Source: Eledone cirrhosa
Taxonomy: Eukaryota
DNA length: 64,000 bases
Direction of reading: 5' to 3'
Assembly: GCA_964016885.1 (NCBI GenBank)
Contig: OZ024740.1
Coordinates: 394,072,001-394,136,000, forward strand
Positions 1-14,050 of this stretch are shown here, in pieces. Position numbers and translations under genes: made by a program. Numbering within the stretch: position 1 is the first letter of the stretch; each line of letters starts with the position of its first letter. Under the pieces are notes generated by a model. That model worked only from the letters and a program-made list of their open reading frames with translations. It was not told the origin of the DNA and did not search any database.

Positions 1-780
1 CCGGTAGGTGAAGTGATAGGGGTGTTGTGGTGAAGTTGAGACGATAGTGGTGATAACCGTGTGGTAATGTGGCGGTGGGGGTGGTTCTGGCATTGGTGAT
101 AATGGACGTGATGTTTGTGGTAGTGTGCTTGTGGAGAAGGTGGCGGTAACAATGATGTTAGATAGCAGGGTGGTGTTTATGGTAGGGGTTTGTGTTTATA
201 ATGATGATGATGGCGGTTTTTATGGTAACTGTGATGGTGACAGCCTTTGTGGTATTGGTGGTGTTGGTGCTGTTGGCGGTGAATGTAGTGGTGGTGGTGG
301 TAACGATGTTGGTAGTAGGGTTGTCGATGAAGGTGGTGGTAATATTTGCAGTGGTGATGGTGGTGATGAAAGTAATAGTTTTATTAGAAGCAGTAATTAA
401 AGAGGTGATAGAGATTGTGTTTATAGTAACAGACATGATAGACATATAGTTTGTGATAGTTGGACTGTTGTTAATACGATAGACGTAGTGTTAGTGCAGG
501 TGGTGCCAGTATAGGTAATGATGGTGGTGGAGGCGGTGATGCTGTTGGTGGTGATAGTGATGATGGTGGTGGTGGTGGATAGCTAACTGTTGTTGTTAGA
601 CGAGAGATTTGGTCATGCGAATCTAATAAGAAAAATAAGAAAAACAAGAAAAACAAGAAAAACAAGAAAAATCTACAGAAGAGGAAACAGAATACGGAGG
701 AAGAGTAGGAAGGGGTGGAGAGAAATACTGAGGAGTGGTAAGAAGGAAAAGGTTGTGAAATGAAGGTTAATATATTCACG
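1..780. repeat. Degenerate GGT/GAT low-complexity tract followed by (AAGAAAAAC)n and purine-rich sequence
   Basis: G/T-rich trinucleotide-like sequence; 9-mer repeated about 5x at 627-672; ORFs here are compositional artefacts. Confidence 0.85.
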
Positions 781-3700
781 AAGGCCAGAGGCTTAGTCTC
801 CTCTTTCTCCTATATATATATCACCATTTTTTTAGTGTGTATATCACCACTCTGTCTGTCTCTATTTTAATCGGACCAGATGACAAACACCAGTCCCGAT
901 ATTATCGAACATTTTTTGGTAATCTAACACGCATTGCCGTTGCCAAAAGCTAATCCTTTCGACGCTATCAGCAAAAAGTGCACACACACACGAACACCCA
1001 CCCACACGTACACACAGCTCCCCCACCCACATAAATACACTGCACCCCTCCTCCCATATACATACAGACACATACACGCAATTATATTTAGGGAATATTT
1101 GACCTCTCAATACTCTCCTTTAAACAAGTCAGCACCTAATCTTGAAATCGTATCGTTTGAGTTTATCAAGATTTCACGTGTTTTTGAACCGACACCAACT
1201 TATATATTTATTTATTCATATGTTTATCTATTCTTCATTTGGTGTTGTTGGTAATTTGTTCACGTTCCCTGCGTTAAAAATAACAATCTATAGAGTTTTT
1301 TGTTATCGTTCTGTACAGCTTTGTAAAATATTATATCCGGCATTGATTTTGATCTCGTAATTAGGTATACAGTCACAAATAGTCGCAAACCCACGCACAC
1401 ACACACACATACACCTGTACATATATACACACATACGTACTTGCATGTATACATAAATGTATACACATCTGTACATATAATCATTGGCAAATTTTGGAAT
1501 ATTACTAAGTGTAATAGTAAAGCTGGGATTTTTCAAGGAAAGAAAGAAACTATTTAAGCCAGAGTCTGAAAATACAATACCCAGGCAGAACAAGCAAAAT
1601 ATACGTGTATACTAAAATTAAAGATGCAACTCTTTACACTTCTTGTCCAAATTCCGAGCAGTTACTTTATTAGCTGATAGTAAAGTTAAACTAACATATC
1701 TGGTTATTGTAGCCACAATAAGTGTTATGAAATGGGAGAGCAAGAATAGAAACGCTTAAAAGGTATTATTAATGAAATGTTGGCCTTGTGCCTAAAGTAG
1801 AAACAATTAATGAAATGTTTTATTCCTAAAACTACGACTGCAAAATAGACCATATTTAACTGGTATTGATAAGAAATCTTTGGGCTGATCTTAACGGAGA
1901 TTAACTATGTAATGAAAGAATATGAATAAAGTCTGTTCATATTCCGGACTCAGTAACTAGATACTGTATATTTCTTTAAATACAAAAAAAAAAAAAAAAA
2001 TAGAGAACCAGGACATAAAAAGGCAGAATAGTTTATCATGAACAAAAAACCGTTGCATTAACTCAAAGTTTTAAAGAGTATGATTTGGTCTTCTATGGAG
2101 AAAACAACAAAATACTTGATGCGTAAAAGAGATAGAGATGCAGCTAAAACAGTTAAATATGACAGTCTAAGCAGACCCTGTGGTATTGGTATTATCACCG
2201 ATGATGTGATAATACCATAATGTGATGTGATGTCATAAGCATTTGACTTAAAATGTTATCTTTATAATATTTACATTGGGACATGATATAGTGACTAAAT
2301 AAATATATGAAGCAAATCCGTAGAATAGATAGTCCTAGTGATAAAATATAAGAATTTCCATTGCTGGGCAATCGCCTATAACATGAAACAATATTGGTGG
2401 AATGTTCTTATTAAAACCTCTAAATTGTAGACACAGCTGGCCAGGGATGATGCGACAGTAAAAATAAAGAGTGCACAGTAGTATGAGTGATGTGTCTAGC
2501 CGACGTTCATATACATTTAAATATAGAAGTAAAAGAAAACGAATTAATGATAAATATGCGAAAAATATACTGGGATTATAACTATAAAATTATACCGGTG
2601 ATTATTGAACACATGGTCACTGTAGCAAACACGAGAAGATGGGCTTTCAAAACGAGAAAGGACGCACTTAATTAAAAAGATATAATTACAAGCATTTAAT
2701 GAAAGTGTAAAAGTAAGTAAAATATTCTAAAGGTTTATACCGTGGTATGTACATATGCAAAGGTGTAGAAATGTAAACCATTATCTATGCATTAAATTGA
2801 TTAAAACATACAAATCCACACACCATGCAATAACGTACATGACTGTACATGCATATGTACATGCATTCATATGTACATCCATCTCATTTATTTATTCATA
2901 AATAAGCATGTCTTTTCTCTGCCTTTTTCTACCACTACTACAACGGCGTCTGTTCCTCGGACCTGGCTAATCTTATGTCATCACCACTTCCCGGCTTGTT
3001 CAACCCTCCATCAGTCATCACCCATGTTGTGTTCATCTAGCCCGGACCGACCTACATTAACTTAGTTCTCCTTACACTGAACAGTGATTCTCCTAAACTA
3101 ACTCCCTGCCCATGTCTTCCTTACTGGTGTCGAAACACAGTAGTTTAAACGAAACATCAACCTAGCCAGTCTCACCAAACACGGGCATGGACACTGTATC
3201 ATCCCCTTGATTCAACAAGTGAAAAATCCCATTAACTCATAAGTATGTACGCACATGCATGCATACCTACCTACATAACTACCTACCTCCTACGTAGCTA
3301 CCCCCCCACCACACATACATACAAACATACATACATACATACATACATACGAACGTGCGTACATATATATATATATGTCGATACATTACAAAGAATTCAA
3401 CATGTTAGAAAGAGAGACATACAGAAATTTAAAAGTACAGCTGACCGAGGCAATAAGGCATCGGTCAACCTGCCAAGAGGACAGGGGATTAAAAACCTAG
3501 CGCCAGCAACACACTGTGTTCGTGGAAACAACCCATTATCGCTTCATTGGCTCTTCTGAACAATAGTAACAACGAATAAAAAAAAATCGATTTCATACAT
3601 TGCTGGGGGGATTCGCATTTAAAAGATGTAGAGAATATGAGATTGCGTGACAAAACCACCATTACATACTGCATTAGTAAATTTAGTTCAAATAAAATGA

Positions 3701-4134
3701 TTACATCTGTAAATTGAATCCAGGTAGTGTATTATGCATAATCAGAGATAATCTTCCTAACCTAGTTCTATGTAAATACATTAGTCAATGAGGGAGCTTC
3801 GACATGATAGAAACAGTAACCAAATTCCATCAAATCACGCCATACCGTCTTAACAAATGAATGAGACATTGAACAATATAGTCTTAACTGTAAGAAAAAA
3901 TGGAATGGTCCAGATGAACACACTTTTGATGATAATTCTCCTTAATTGAGGCTAGGTAGTAATCACAAAAATCAAAGAATATCTCTGTGATGTAAAATCA
4001 TGTAATGACTGAAATAACAAACTCTCAAGTAGTTTACATAAAACATTGATGTAGAAATATAACGCTGGCTAATGAAAAAAGGTTTTTCTGCTAGACCAAT
4101 TCGTAAGTATATTCGGTGCTTTGATTCCAAATAT

Positions 4135-4290
4135 GATTTCTAGTATAGGCACAAGGCCAGTAATTTAGGGGGAGGGGAAAGTCGATTAAATCGACCCCAG
4201 TGCGTTACTGGTGCTTTATTTTGTCAACCCCGTAAAGATGAAAGGCAAAGTTAACCTCGGCGGGATTTGAACTCAGAACGCAAAGGAACG
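4135..4290 (-). mobile_element. tRNA-derived SINE (octopus-type), 5'-truncated
   Basis: Reverse complement shows B box GTTCAAATCC, core GCCTTTCATC..GGGGTTGACAAAATAAAG and tail GGCCTTGTGCC shared with about 19 copies in the window. Confidence 0.85.
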
Positions 4291-5154
4291 TAATATACCA
4301 TCACTTTTGTTCTATCCTTTCACAGTTTGGAAAGACAACTTACTCCTTTATATGCTGATGCATCCCCTAGGTATCTGGAATTAAGTGACCTAGTAGCAAC
4401 TTTCATTACGGTCCCTTAAAATTTATTATTGGATATATTTGAATTGTCAATTGTCAATGTGGCATCATATTTGCCCAATTCGCTCTAATTAATAAATGAT
4501 CAGACTAATCCTACATATATATTACATATTATTAAAACAGCCACAAGTTTATTTTAAGACAAAGTAACAATTTAATCTCTAGTAATAGTAACTAGAAAAT
4601 AAATATAAATCACATAAATGATCAATCATACAACACAAGAAGTTTCATTTATAGGCTGTTCTAGAGTGCAGTTTACCAGAACAGTCCTGTTGAAAGTTCC
4701 ATCAACAATCTGCAATCCTTACGTACCCATTTTCATTGAACATGGATTTTAAATATCAATGAAATCTCTCTTCGCCTAAATCCCCAAACTTTTCTGGAAA
4801 GCGACCTTAGACGTGGGACTTATAGACATTGGTGCTAATGGTAGGGCTAATTTTACTAAATTTGACGAGCATGTTTCCTACTAATTGTCGGTTTTATGGT
4901 TTTTGACAAAAAGATAAAAAAAGACCATGCACAGGGCTTAGCGTTGTTATTCTTCGAATCAATAAAATGTGAATCTTTTAATATCGTACTTATCTGGGAA
5001 CCTTAAAATTCTTTGCTTTAAATTTTTCCTTTTCTCAATTCCGGGAATTTACAGCTTAAGTACCCTGCGTAGACACATTCTTTGTTCTATGCCTTTACAT
5101 TAAACCTTTGAGCTGACATTATCTGTGGTTGTTTTAAAAGCATGTAGTACAAGG

Positions 5155-5362
5155 GTTTCTTATATAGGCACAAGGCCAGCAATTTTGGGGGAGGGGAAGT
5201 CGATTAAATCGACCCCAGTGTTACATTATTTTATCGACCCCGTAAGGATGAAAAGCAATATTTACCTCGGCGGGATGTGAACTCAGATCATAAAGGGCCG
5301 TAACTCAATGCTACAAAGCCTTTGGTCCGACGCTCTAACGATCCCGCTAATCCACAACCCTA
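5155..5362 (-). mobile_element. tRNA-derived SINE
   Basis: Same family, near full length. Confidence 0.85.
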
Positions 5363-7901
5363 AAGGTATGTAGTATAATGATATTGTTAATATTGTTATT
5401 TGTTTTTTTAATAGCTGATGATTTATTAACTAGAGTTTGATACCATTCTTTCGAATCATTAACACAAATTATAAGACCTGAAACTGTAAGGTGTTACGTG
5501 GATCCCAAATTTCAATGCTTAAATATGTACATTCGCATATAACGTGGTATGCTGTATCTCCAGAACTAGAGTTGAGAGAACAAAACGGATATGATGTAGG
5601 TCTAACTTCTTATGTCGCAAATGTATATTAACCAGTCTAATCCAAATATCGCATTGAAAGTATCCACAATGTTAAAGAAGTGTACAATAACTGTATGGTC
5701 TCATATAAGTAATATAGTGCGTTGAAAACTTCGATCAAGTGAGATTGTTCAAGCAATTACTAGAAAAATATCCTTTAAGGGGCGTTTAAATGTAAAGACA
5801 AATAAACTAGCTACATCAACAAAATTATGTATAGTGGCATGCGTTTTGTCATTAAAACCAATTGATGACCGCAAAAGATATCTTTATATATCATTAGACT
5901 GCCTCTGTGAAATATATTCTGCTCATTCTGTTATTACTACAAATGATTAATAGAAATAGAGGAAAAGGACTTTCGTTGATCTTTGGTATTAACAATATAA
6001 CTGAAAGAAAATACCCCAGGAGTGTGTTGTGCATACTAAATACAAATGCGTTGTGTTTAGTATGCATACATGTAATACAAGGCATTGAAAAAGAACTCTG
6101 AACAACTGAGATTGTCTAAGCAATTATTAGAAAAAAGTTTCTTTCTAGGAGCGTTTGAAATTTAAAAATGACTATAAAGAAAGGTAAATCCAATAAGGTC
6201 AGTTGATCGAAGATTTGTGAACAATATAGACAATATAGATTGGATTGAATTTAGTTTTTGAAGCCTGCGAACATGTTGTGGTCTTAGACATACTCACTGA
6301 AGCATACTAAGAGAGATCGATATACATGGAAGAAATGCTGATCAAAGGTTTTCATTTCATATATATTTGTATATATTTGTAGTATACAGAATGTTTTCTA
6401 GTGTATGTTTTCTTAACCATTTATTTGATATTCAGAGTCACTATCATTCTATTTCCTTCATTTCTCTCTCTCTATATATATAATGGAGTTATCTCTCTTG
6501 TTCACAACACTATCCGTTTCAATACAAAATATCATACCGAGAAAATTCTAGATCAAATATGAAAATGAAAATGTTTATCTTGTGGCTAGTCAATAAATAA
6601 AATTTCTGTTGTAATTATTGCTTTACAGTTAGTGAATGCAGTTTTATAGTCTTTCATCAATCATGGATAATGACTGTTTCTATGGAATACACCACTACTC
6701 ACAAAAACACACATATATATGTGTATGTGTGCGTGGGATGTGTGGGTGTGTGCGTGTGTGTGAAAAGAAAGTAGTATATAAGCGCGTGGAGCTTATGATT
6801 ATCTGATAATTTTAAAGAAATGTTTAACTATCTGTGTGAAATTATTTTATTTTTGGTAACTTTCGGGGAAGAAGATTCTTGTAGACTGTATTTTAATTAA
6901 TTATTCCGAAAACCACATATTGCCTTCACAACTGTAACTGTGCTTATATTTCACATGTATTTTCCTATGTTTTTGAAATCTAAATTTTTATTTATACTAA
7001 TGCATTTTCTCTGTCACTTTGGTGGTTTACAATCTGGAAACTGTCGATTTCATTTTCTGTGATATTCTATTTCAAAACCATTTAGTTTGTACTCTTACTT
7101 TAATTTGGTGTACCTTATCTTTTACACTGCAAGTTTATGCTCATTTTAAAGTATCTGTCAATTCTTTTTCTTTTATTTTTGCTTATACTATTAGGTAGCA
7201 AACTATGTTTATTGCTGATTTGCAGTTGATCCAGAGCTTTTTAAGTGACTCGTCCATGCTCAACGGAGACGGAATGCAAAACAGCAAAACATAAACATTC
7301 AGCCCAAGGTCGGGTAATCTATTGGTGAGGCTAACTGCAATATTTGTCGTAAATATTTGGCCCCTATAACATATTTGTGAATCTTTAGTTGAATTTTAGA
7401 TACAATGGTCTATGATGTAGGCATTATTTTAAGCTCTTACGCCACTCGGTGTTTTCTCTAATGTCTTGCGGTAACGGTTAGATTATACTCATGAATGAGA
7501 TCTAAAGAGACTGAAACATATCTGGAGTTGACACCAGATTCTTAAAGATCAGATTCCCTCCTCATTGCTTTCAATAATTTAATAATTTCAGTTAATTAAA
7601 CATTCTGGCTTGTCTCCCTTGTCTCTTTTGACCGGGTTTAATCATTTAGCAAATGATTGTTCTCATGATTAGTCTTTCAATTTTAATAGGTAAATATTTC
7701 TTGACGTACCACACCAAGTATGTAGAACATATTTCAGTATCTCATTTCTAAAAATAAGTCAAGTATTTTTAGCACTGTGTTCGAATCATTCGAAAATTGT
7801 ATTTTTTTTACATTATTTACAAACGACATTTTAGTATCGAGCAAGCAATTAACCAACACCTCGCAAACTCATTGTGATGCAAGAACGAATAAATAACTAA
7901 C

Positions 7902-7943
7902 CGTATGGTTGGTAGTATATAAATAATTCCATAATGACGACAT
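7902..7943 (-). CDS. Candidate short first coding exon (MSSLWNYLYTTNHT)
   Basis: AAAATG start, 14 open codons, donor ACG|GTTAGT at 7901; TATA box upstream on the same strand. No homology recognised. Confidence 0.2.
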
Positions 7944-8039
7944 TTTCTTCCTTGACAGATCACGCAGTCATGTGTCTTAGAAGAAACATCAAGAATTCAT
8001 AAACGGTTGATTATTTGGAAAGTCAATGAAGAGGTACAT

Positions 8040-8079
8040 AGATAGATAGAGAGAGAGAGTGAGAGATAGAGAGATAGAG

Positions 8080-8124
<45 letters not shown>

Positions 8125-8164
8125 AAGAGAGAAAGAGAGAGAGAGAGGGAGAGAGATAGAGAGA

Positions 8165-8213
<49 letters not shown>
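8040..8213. repeat. (GA)n microsatellite
   Basis: Direct reading. Confidence 0.95.
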
Positions 8214-8216
<3 letters not shown>

Positions 8217-8225
8217 GGTGAGATG

Positions 8226-8500
8226 GTATTTATAGACAGACACCCTCCACCAGGTGGGAAACAAATGGATCTTGTCAAATAGCGAAGCTGATGAGACTCT
8301 AGAGCTCTACTGATTATGTCGATTATTTTATCGCTCTGTGATAGGAGAACGCTGTCAAATCCGCTGATCGCTCAGCTGATTTTTTCATTGCGTATTGAAA
8401 GAGTGGTCAAATTATTGACCAGTCAACAGACCGATAGTTTTAGCGTGTGCAATGAGACAAAAATGCTTATCGGTTGGAAAAGTTTATTAATCAGAAAACA
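8226..8500 (-). promoter_or_regulatory. Candidate promoter: TATAAATA on minus strand at about 8228-8235 with CpG-containing unique upstream sequence
   Basis: TATA consensus about 25 nt before a (CT)n tract; inference only. Confidence 0.25.
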
Positions 8501-9019
8501 ACGAAACGGAGGTAACGAGAGGGGGAGGAGGAGGGGGAAGAGGAGGAGAGAAAGGAAGGGAAATACGAAGAAAAAAAAAGAAAAAGAATAATTTTAAATA
8601 TCTGTTGAGTCACCTTATTTTAATGGCATACAGAAGAAGAAGAAGAAGAAGAAGAAGAGTTTGAGATTATGAAGAAAATACGCTAATCAGTGGTATTGGT
8701 TTCAATGGATATTTTGCCGGATAAACATGACCATTTGAAAATGCTCGGTCACATTTTCTTGTAACGGTTTCTGCTGGTTAGGTTATTAGTGTGATTCCTT
8801 CTTGTTCAAAAGGTGATCACCTATAAAACATCTTTAATATCTTAGTTGCTTCCATCTTATGTATATTGAACGGGGGCTTACTAGAGCATCATATGCCATT
8901 ACAAGTTAGCTTACACTCATACATACACACACATACATATAAACAAACACATTTAGATATACGCTGATGCGCCTGTGCAAATATCTATCTACAAAATATA
9001 TAAATACATACGCTAATCC

Positions 9020-9056
<37 letters not shown>

Positions 9057-9156
9057 CGTGCGTGTGTGCGTGTGTGTGTGTATGTATGTGTGCATATATG
9101 TATGTATATAAATATGTGTATGCATGTATAGAAGTATATACATATATGTATGTATA

Positions 9157-9478
9157 CAGTGGCGGACTGACCAGGTTGCCAGGTTGCCCAATGGCAATGC
9201 ACAGTAGCATTGCAAGAGCCCACAGTAGCATTGCCGGGCCCACTGTAGTATTTTAGAAGCCAATGTTTTGCTTTTAAAAAATACCTGAAATCTAAGGGAA
9301 AGAATAAAATTTATTTAAGAATAATTAAAACAGTTAAGCAAAGCATTTGATCAACCAATTCGCCAGGGAATTATTAGAAACCAAAATATACGTTAGTGCA
9401 AATAACTGGAATCAGTGGTTGTACATTCTACTAAATCTAAAGCTTAGTGTATTCATTCATGCATGCAAACATATATAT

Positions 9479-9554
<76 letters not shown>

Positions 9555-10318
9555 AGAAATGAGGTGCGTCAGAAATGAAACATGGATTACAGGTTAAAAT
9601 ATAGTCTAGATAGATGAGAAACAAAACGATGTAGTTTATGGAACATCCATATGATTTAGAAGTCGACCATAATTAGGCGCAATAGCATTAAGAAAGACAT
9701 GAACAACACCATATGATATTGTTTTGAAATTTTGAAAGTAGGTTTATAAGTATGAATTTTCGTACGGTTTTCGTAGTTATCTCTGTGGCCTAGCGGTAGG
9801 TACTAGAGACGGTGAAAATCCTGGTCTTGGGTTCAATCCTGGTGAAGAGATGCATGTAACCTTCTTCAGTTTTTATTTTACAACCAATAGAAAAGACTGA
9901 AAAGTTTTACCGGAAACCCTACTCCCGACCAGGATCGAACTTCACCGTCTATGATTCCTCCGACTAGGCCATCGAGACAGCTACAAAAGTATAATGAAAA
10001 TTGATAATTATAAACCTACTTTCAAAATCAAAGTTAAAAAGATGTGGTTCATGGATTTCGTAGAGCTATTAGTGATATTTAGGGTCGACTTCTGGTCATT
10101 ATTGAAAGTCTCTGAATTTCGCAAAATACATAATATTTTTTATTGGAGAAGGTAAGATATTTTCCCGCAAAAAATTTGATTGCACTGTTTTGTTTCCACT
10201 TATGTATTTTAAGAAAATGTTATTTATTCATTATAAAAATTAAATGATAGCATTCTATAAATAGGTGGGCCTCCTTTATCTCCTGGCAGCCAATATTTTT
10301 AGACCCAGTCCACCACTA
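9157..10318. mobile_element. Non-autonomous hAT-like DNA transposon
   Basis: TIRs CAGTGGCGGACTG / CAGTCCACCACTA; 8-bp TSD TATGTATA at 9149-9156 and 10319-10326. Confidence 0.75.
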
Positions 10319-10334
10319 TATGTATATAATAATA

Positions 10335-10723
10335 ATTGTTTCTACTTTAGGCACAAGGCCAGCAATTACCCAGTACATTACTGGTACTTTACTTTATCGA
10401 CCCCGTAAGGATGAAAGGCAAAGTCAACCTCGGCGGGATTTGAACTCAGATCGTAAAGGGACGTAACTATGCTGGAAAGCATCGCGTCCAACACTCCACC
10501 GATACTGCCAATCCACCGCCCTCAAATATGTATATAATAATAATGTTTATACTTCAGGCACAAGGCCAGCAATTACCCCAGTGCATTACTGGTACTTTAT
10601 TTTATCGAACCCGTAAGTATGAAAGGCAAAGTTAACCTGGCGGGATTTGAACGTAAATGGCCATAACTCTATGCTGCAAAGCATGGTGTCTGACGCTCTA
10701 CCGATACTGCCAAACCACCACCC
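10335..10723 (-). mobile_element. Two tandem tRNA-derived SINE copies
   Basis: Copies at about 10335-10523 and 10545-10723 with A box (TGGCAGTATCGG) and B-box region. Confidence 0.85.
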
Positions 10724-10761
10724 TGTATATATATAGTAAGCAAAAAAATTAGTAATTAACC

Positions 10762-10894
<133 letters not shown>

Positions 10895-11144
10895 GAAAGG
10901 TATAGAAATTGTTTTAGCGAGAAGCTAATAGTATTCCATAACATATATGCGACTATGGCGTCAAGATGGGAAAAATAGTTAACGTAAGATGTAGGAAAAA
11001 TAATTCAAACTCATCTCAAAAGAGAATCAGGATATAAATTCATCCACAGAATTTAGTGAAATCCAGGGAAAAATCAATAGAGCCTTAACTCATGATAAAA
11101 TAAAGTCTAAAATACTTATCCATCAATTTGGAAAAACATCAAAT

Positions 11145-11224
11145 GCTCTGTATAGTCTTAAAGACTATCTCATGAAAACTTTCAGTGGAGATGGTCACGG
11201 CTGGATTTCAATCGTCAGCAGAGC
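11145..11224 (-). ncRNA. Type I hammerhead ribozyme, array 1 copy 1 (GAAA>GAGA, probably inactive)
   Basis: As copy 2 but with A14G. Confidence 0.75.
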
Positions 11225-11772
11225 TCAACCAGATAACCAGGACTCTCACAGATTTATAAGCCAAAAAGGGAATTTTAAAACTGGTTAGTTTACCATCATG
11301 CGTGATTATGAAAAACGCAAACGAGGAAAACAGGGCTAGTGACGTCAGAATGAAATGAATGTTTGTTTACAAGAAATAACAGTGAAATACATTCCGAAAA
11401 AAAACTCTACAAAAGGAGTTCAGCAAAAAGCAATATTATCACAGATTTTATAAAAAAAAACCGGGTTAGTCACAAATAATTTAAGCATTCTAGGAAAAAA
11501 ATCCGAGTATAAATATATAAATGAAAGGTATAGAAATTGTTTTAGCGAGAAGCTAATAGTATTCCATAACATATATGCGACTATGGCGTCAAGATGGGAA
11601 AAATAGTTAACGTAAGATGTAGGAAAAATAATTGAAACTCATCTCAAAAGAGAATCAGGATATAAATTCATCCACAGAATTTAGTGAAATCCAGGGAAAA
11701 ATCAATAGAGCCTTAACTCATGGTAAAATAAAGTCTAAAATACTTATCCTTCAATTTGGAAAAACATCAAAT

Positions 11773-11852
11773 GCTCTGTATAGTCTTAAAGACTATTTCA
11801 TGAAAACTTTCAGTGGAGATGGTCACGGTTGGATTTCAATCGTCAGCAGAGC
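11773..11852 (-). ncRNA. Type I hammerhead ribozyme, array 1 copy 2 (intact core)
   Basis: GCUCUG-CUGACGA-U-UGAAA..UUUCA-U-GAAA-UAGUCU-UUA-AGACUA-UA/CAGAGC: stems I, II, III all pair; cleavage after AUA. Confidence 0.85.
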
Positions 11853-12397
11853 TCAACCAGATAACCAGGACTCTCACAGATTTATAAGCCAAAAAGAGAA
11901 TTTTAAAACTGGCTAGTTCATCATCATGCGTGATTATGAAAAACGTACATGAGGAAAACAGGGCTAGTGACGTCAGAATGAAATGAATGTTTGTTTACAA
12001 GAAATAACAGTCAAATACATTCCGAAAAAAACTCTACAAAAGGAGTTCAGCAAAAAGCAATATTATCACAGTTTTTATAAAAAACCGGGATTAGTCACAA
12101 ATAATTTAAGCACTCTAGGAAAGAAATCCGAGTATAAATGTATAAATGAAAGGTATAGAAATTGTTTTAGCGAGAAGCTAATAGTATTCCATAACATATA
12201 TGCGACTATGGCGTCAAGATGGGAAAAATAGTTAACGTAAGATGTAGGAAAAATAATTGAAACTCATCTCAAAAGAGAATCAGGATATAAATTCATCCAC
12301 AGAATTTAGTGAAATCCAGGGAAAAATCAATAGAGCCTTAACTCATGATAAAATAAAGTCTAAAATACTTATCCATCAATTTGGAAAAACATCAAAT

Positions 12398-12477
12398 GCT
12401 CTGTATAGTCTTAAAGACTATTTCATGAAAACTTTCAGTGGAGATGGTCACGGTTGGATTTCAATCGTCAGCAGAGC
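12398..12477 (-). ncRNA. Type I hammerhead ribozyme, array 1 copy 3 (intact core)
   Basis: Same as copy 2. Confidence 0.85.
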
Positions 12478-13024
12478 TCAACCAGATAACCAGGACTCTC
12501 ACAGATTTATAAGCCAAAAAGGGAATTTTTAAACTGGCTAGTTTACCATCATGCGTGATTATGAAAAACGCAAACGAGGAAAACAGGGCTAGTGACGTCT
12601 GAATGAAATGAATGTTTGTTTACAAGAAATAACAGTGAAATACATTCCGAAAAAAAACTCTACAAAAGGAGTTCAGCAAAAAGCAATATTATCACAGTTT
12701 TTATAAAAAAAACCGGGTTAGTCACAAATAATTTAAGCATTCTAGGAAAAAAATCCGAGTATAAATATATAAATGAAAGGTATAGAAATTGTTTTAGCGA
12801 GAAGCTAATAGTATTCCATAACATATATGCGACTATGGCGTCAAGATGGGAAAAATAGTTAACGTAAGATGTAGGAAAAATAATTGAAACTCATCTCAAA
12901 AGAGAATCAGGATATAAATTCATCCACAGAATTTAGTGAAATCCAGGGAAAAATCAATAGAGCCTTAACTCATGGTAAAATAAAGTCTAAAATACTTATC
13001 CTTCAATTTGGAAAAACATCAAAT

Positions 13025-13103
13025 GCTCTGTATAGTCTTAAAGACTATTTCATGAAAACTTTCAGTGGAGATGGTCACGGTTGGATTTCAATCGTCACAG
13101 AGC
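13025..13103 (-). ncRNA. Type I hammerhead ribozyme, array 1 copy 4 (C3 deleted)
   Basis: Forward TCGTCA-CAGAGC lacks one G. Confidence 0.7.
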
Positions 13104-13649
13104 TCAACCAGATAACCAGGACTCTCACAGATTTATAAGCCAAAAAGGGAATTTTAAAACTGGCTAGTTCACCATCATGCGTGATTATGAAAAACGCACA
13201 TGTGGAAAACACGGCTAGTGACGTCAGAATGAAATGAATGTTTGTTTACAAGAAATAACAGTCAAATACATTCCGAAAAAAAACTCTACAAAAGGAGTTC
13301 AGCAAAAAGCAATATTATCACAGTTTTTATAAAAAAACCGGGTTAGTCACAAAGAATTTAAGCACTCTAGGAAAAAAATCCGAGTATAAATATATAAATG
13401 AAAGGTATAGAAATTGTTTTAGCGAGAAGCTAATAGTATTCCATAACATATATGCGACTATGGCGTCAAGATGGGAAAAATAGTTAACGTAAGATGTAGG
13501 AAAAATAATTGAAACTCATCTCAAAAGAGAATCAGGATATAAATTCATCCACAGAATTTAGTGAAATCCAGGGAAAAATCAATAGAGCCTTAACTCATGA
13601 TAAAATAAAGTCTAAAATACTTATCCTTCAATTTGGAAAAACATCATAT

Positions 13650-13729
13650 GCTCTGTATAGTCTTAAAGACTATTTCATGAAAACTTTAAGTGGAGATTGT
13701 CACGGTTGGATTTCAATCGTCAGCAGAGC
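13650..13729 (-). ncRNA. Type I hammerhead ribozyme, array 1 copy 5 (intact core)
   Basis: Core and stems as copy 2; changes only in loop II. Confidence 0.85.
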
Positions 13730-13745
13730 TCAACCAGATAACCAG

Positions 13746-13811
<66 letters not shown>

Positions 13812-13821
<10 letters not shown>

Positions 13822-13992
13822 TAAAATAACAGATTAAAGTTTAAGCAAAGAATCGCTGTTTTCACCCTTAACGGGATCTTCTGAAACTAATCTGTATTTT
13901 AATAAATATTTGCTCTACGGTTCTTATATATTTGATATATATTTATCCTTATCGAGCCCTCTTTGGATTTTAGTCTTCAAATTTATTATTAT

Positions 13993-13998
<6 letters not shown>
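13812..13998. mobile_element. Penelope-like 3' tail with inverted head and truncated HHR, inside (TA)n
   Basis: Inverted TATTTATTAAAATAACAGATTA; minus strand reads C(A)GAAGA-U-CCC-GUUAA-GGG-U-GAAA; homologous to 27985-28127. Confidence 0.55.

Positions 13999-14050
<52 letters not shown>

Noticed and set aside
862-1110. ORF containing FDNIG, echoing FDNIG in the 23622-24185 ORF
   Set aside because: Five-residue match with no flanking similarity; likely chance
8288-8310. CTGATGAG plus hairpin as a hammerhead
   Set aside because: No GAAA, stem III or stem I partner
11632-13829. Repeated 80-106 aa ORFs in array 1 as a tandem gene cluster
   Set aside because: Mostly non-ATG starts, stops and indels differ between units, no recognisable domain; antisense to the ribozyme
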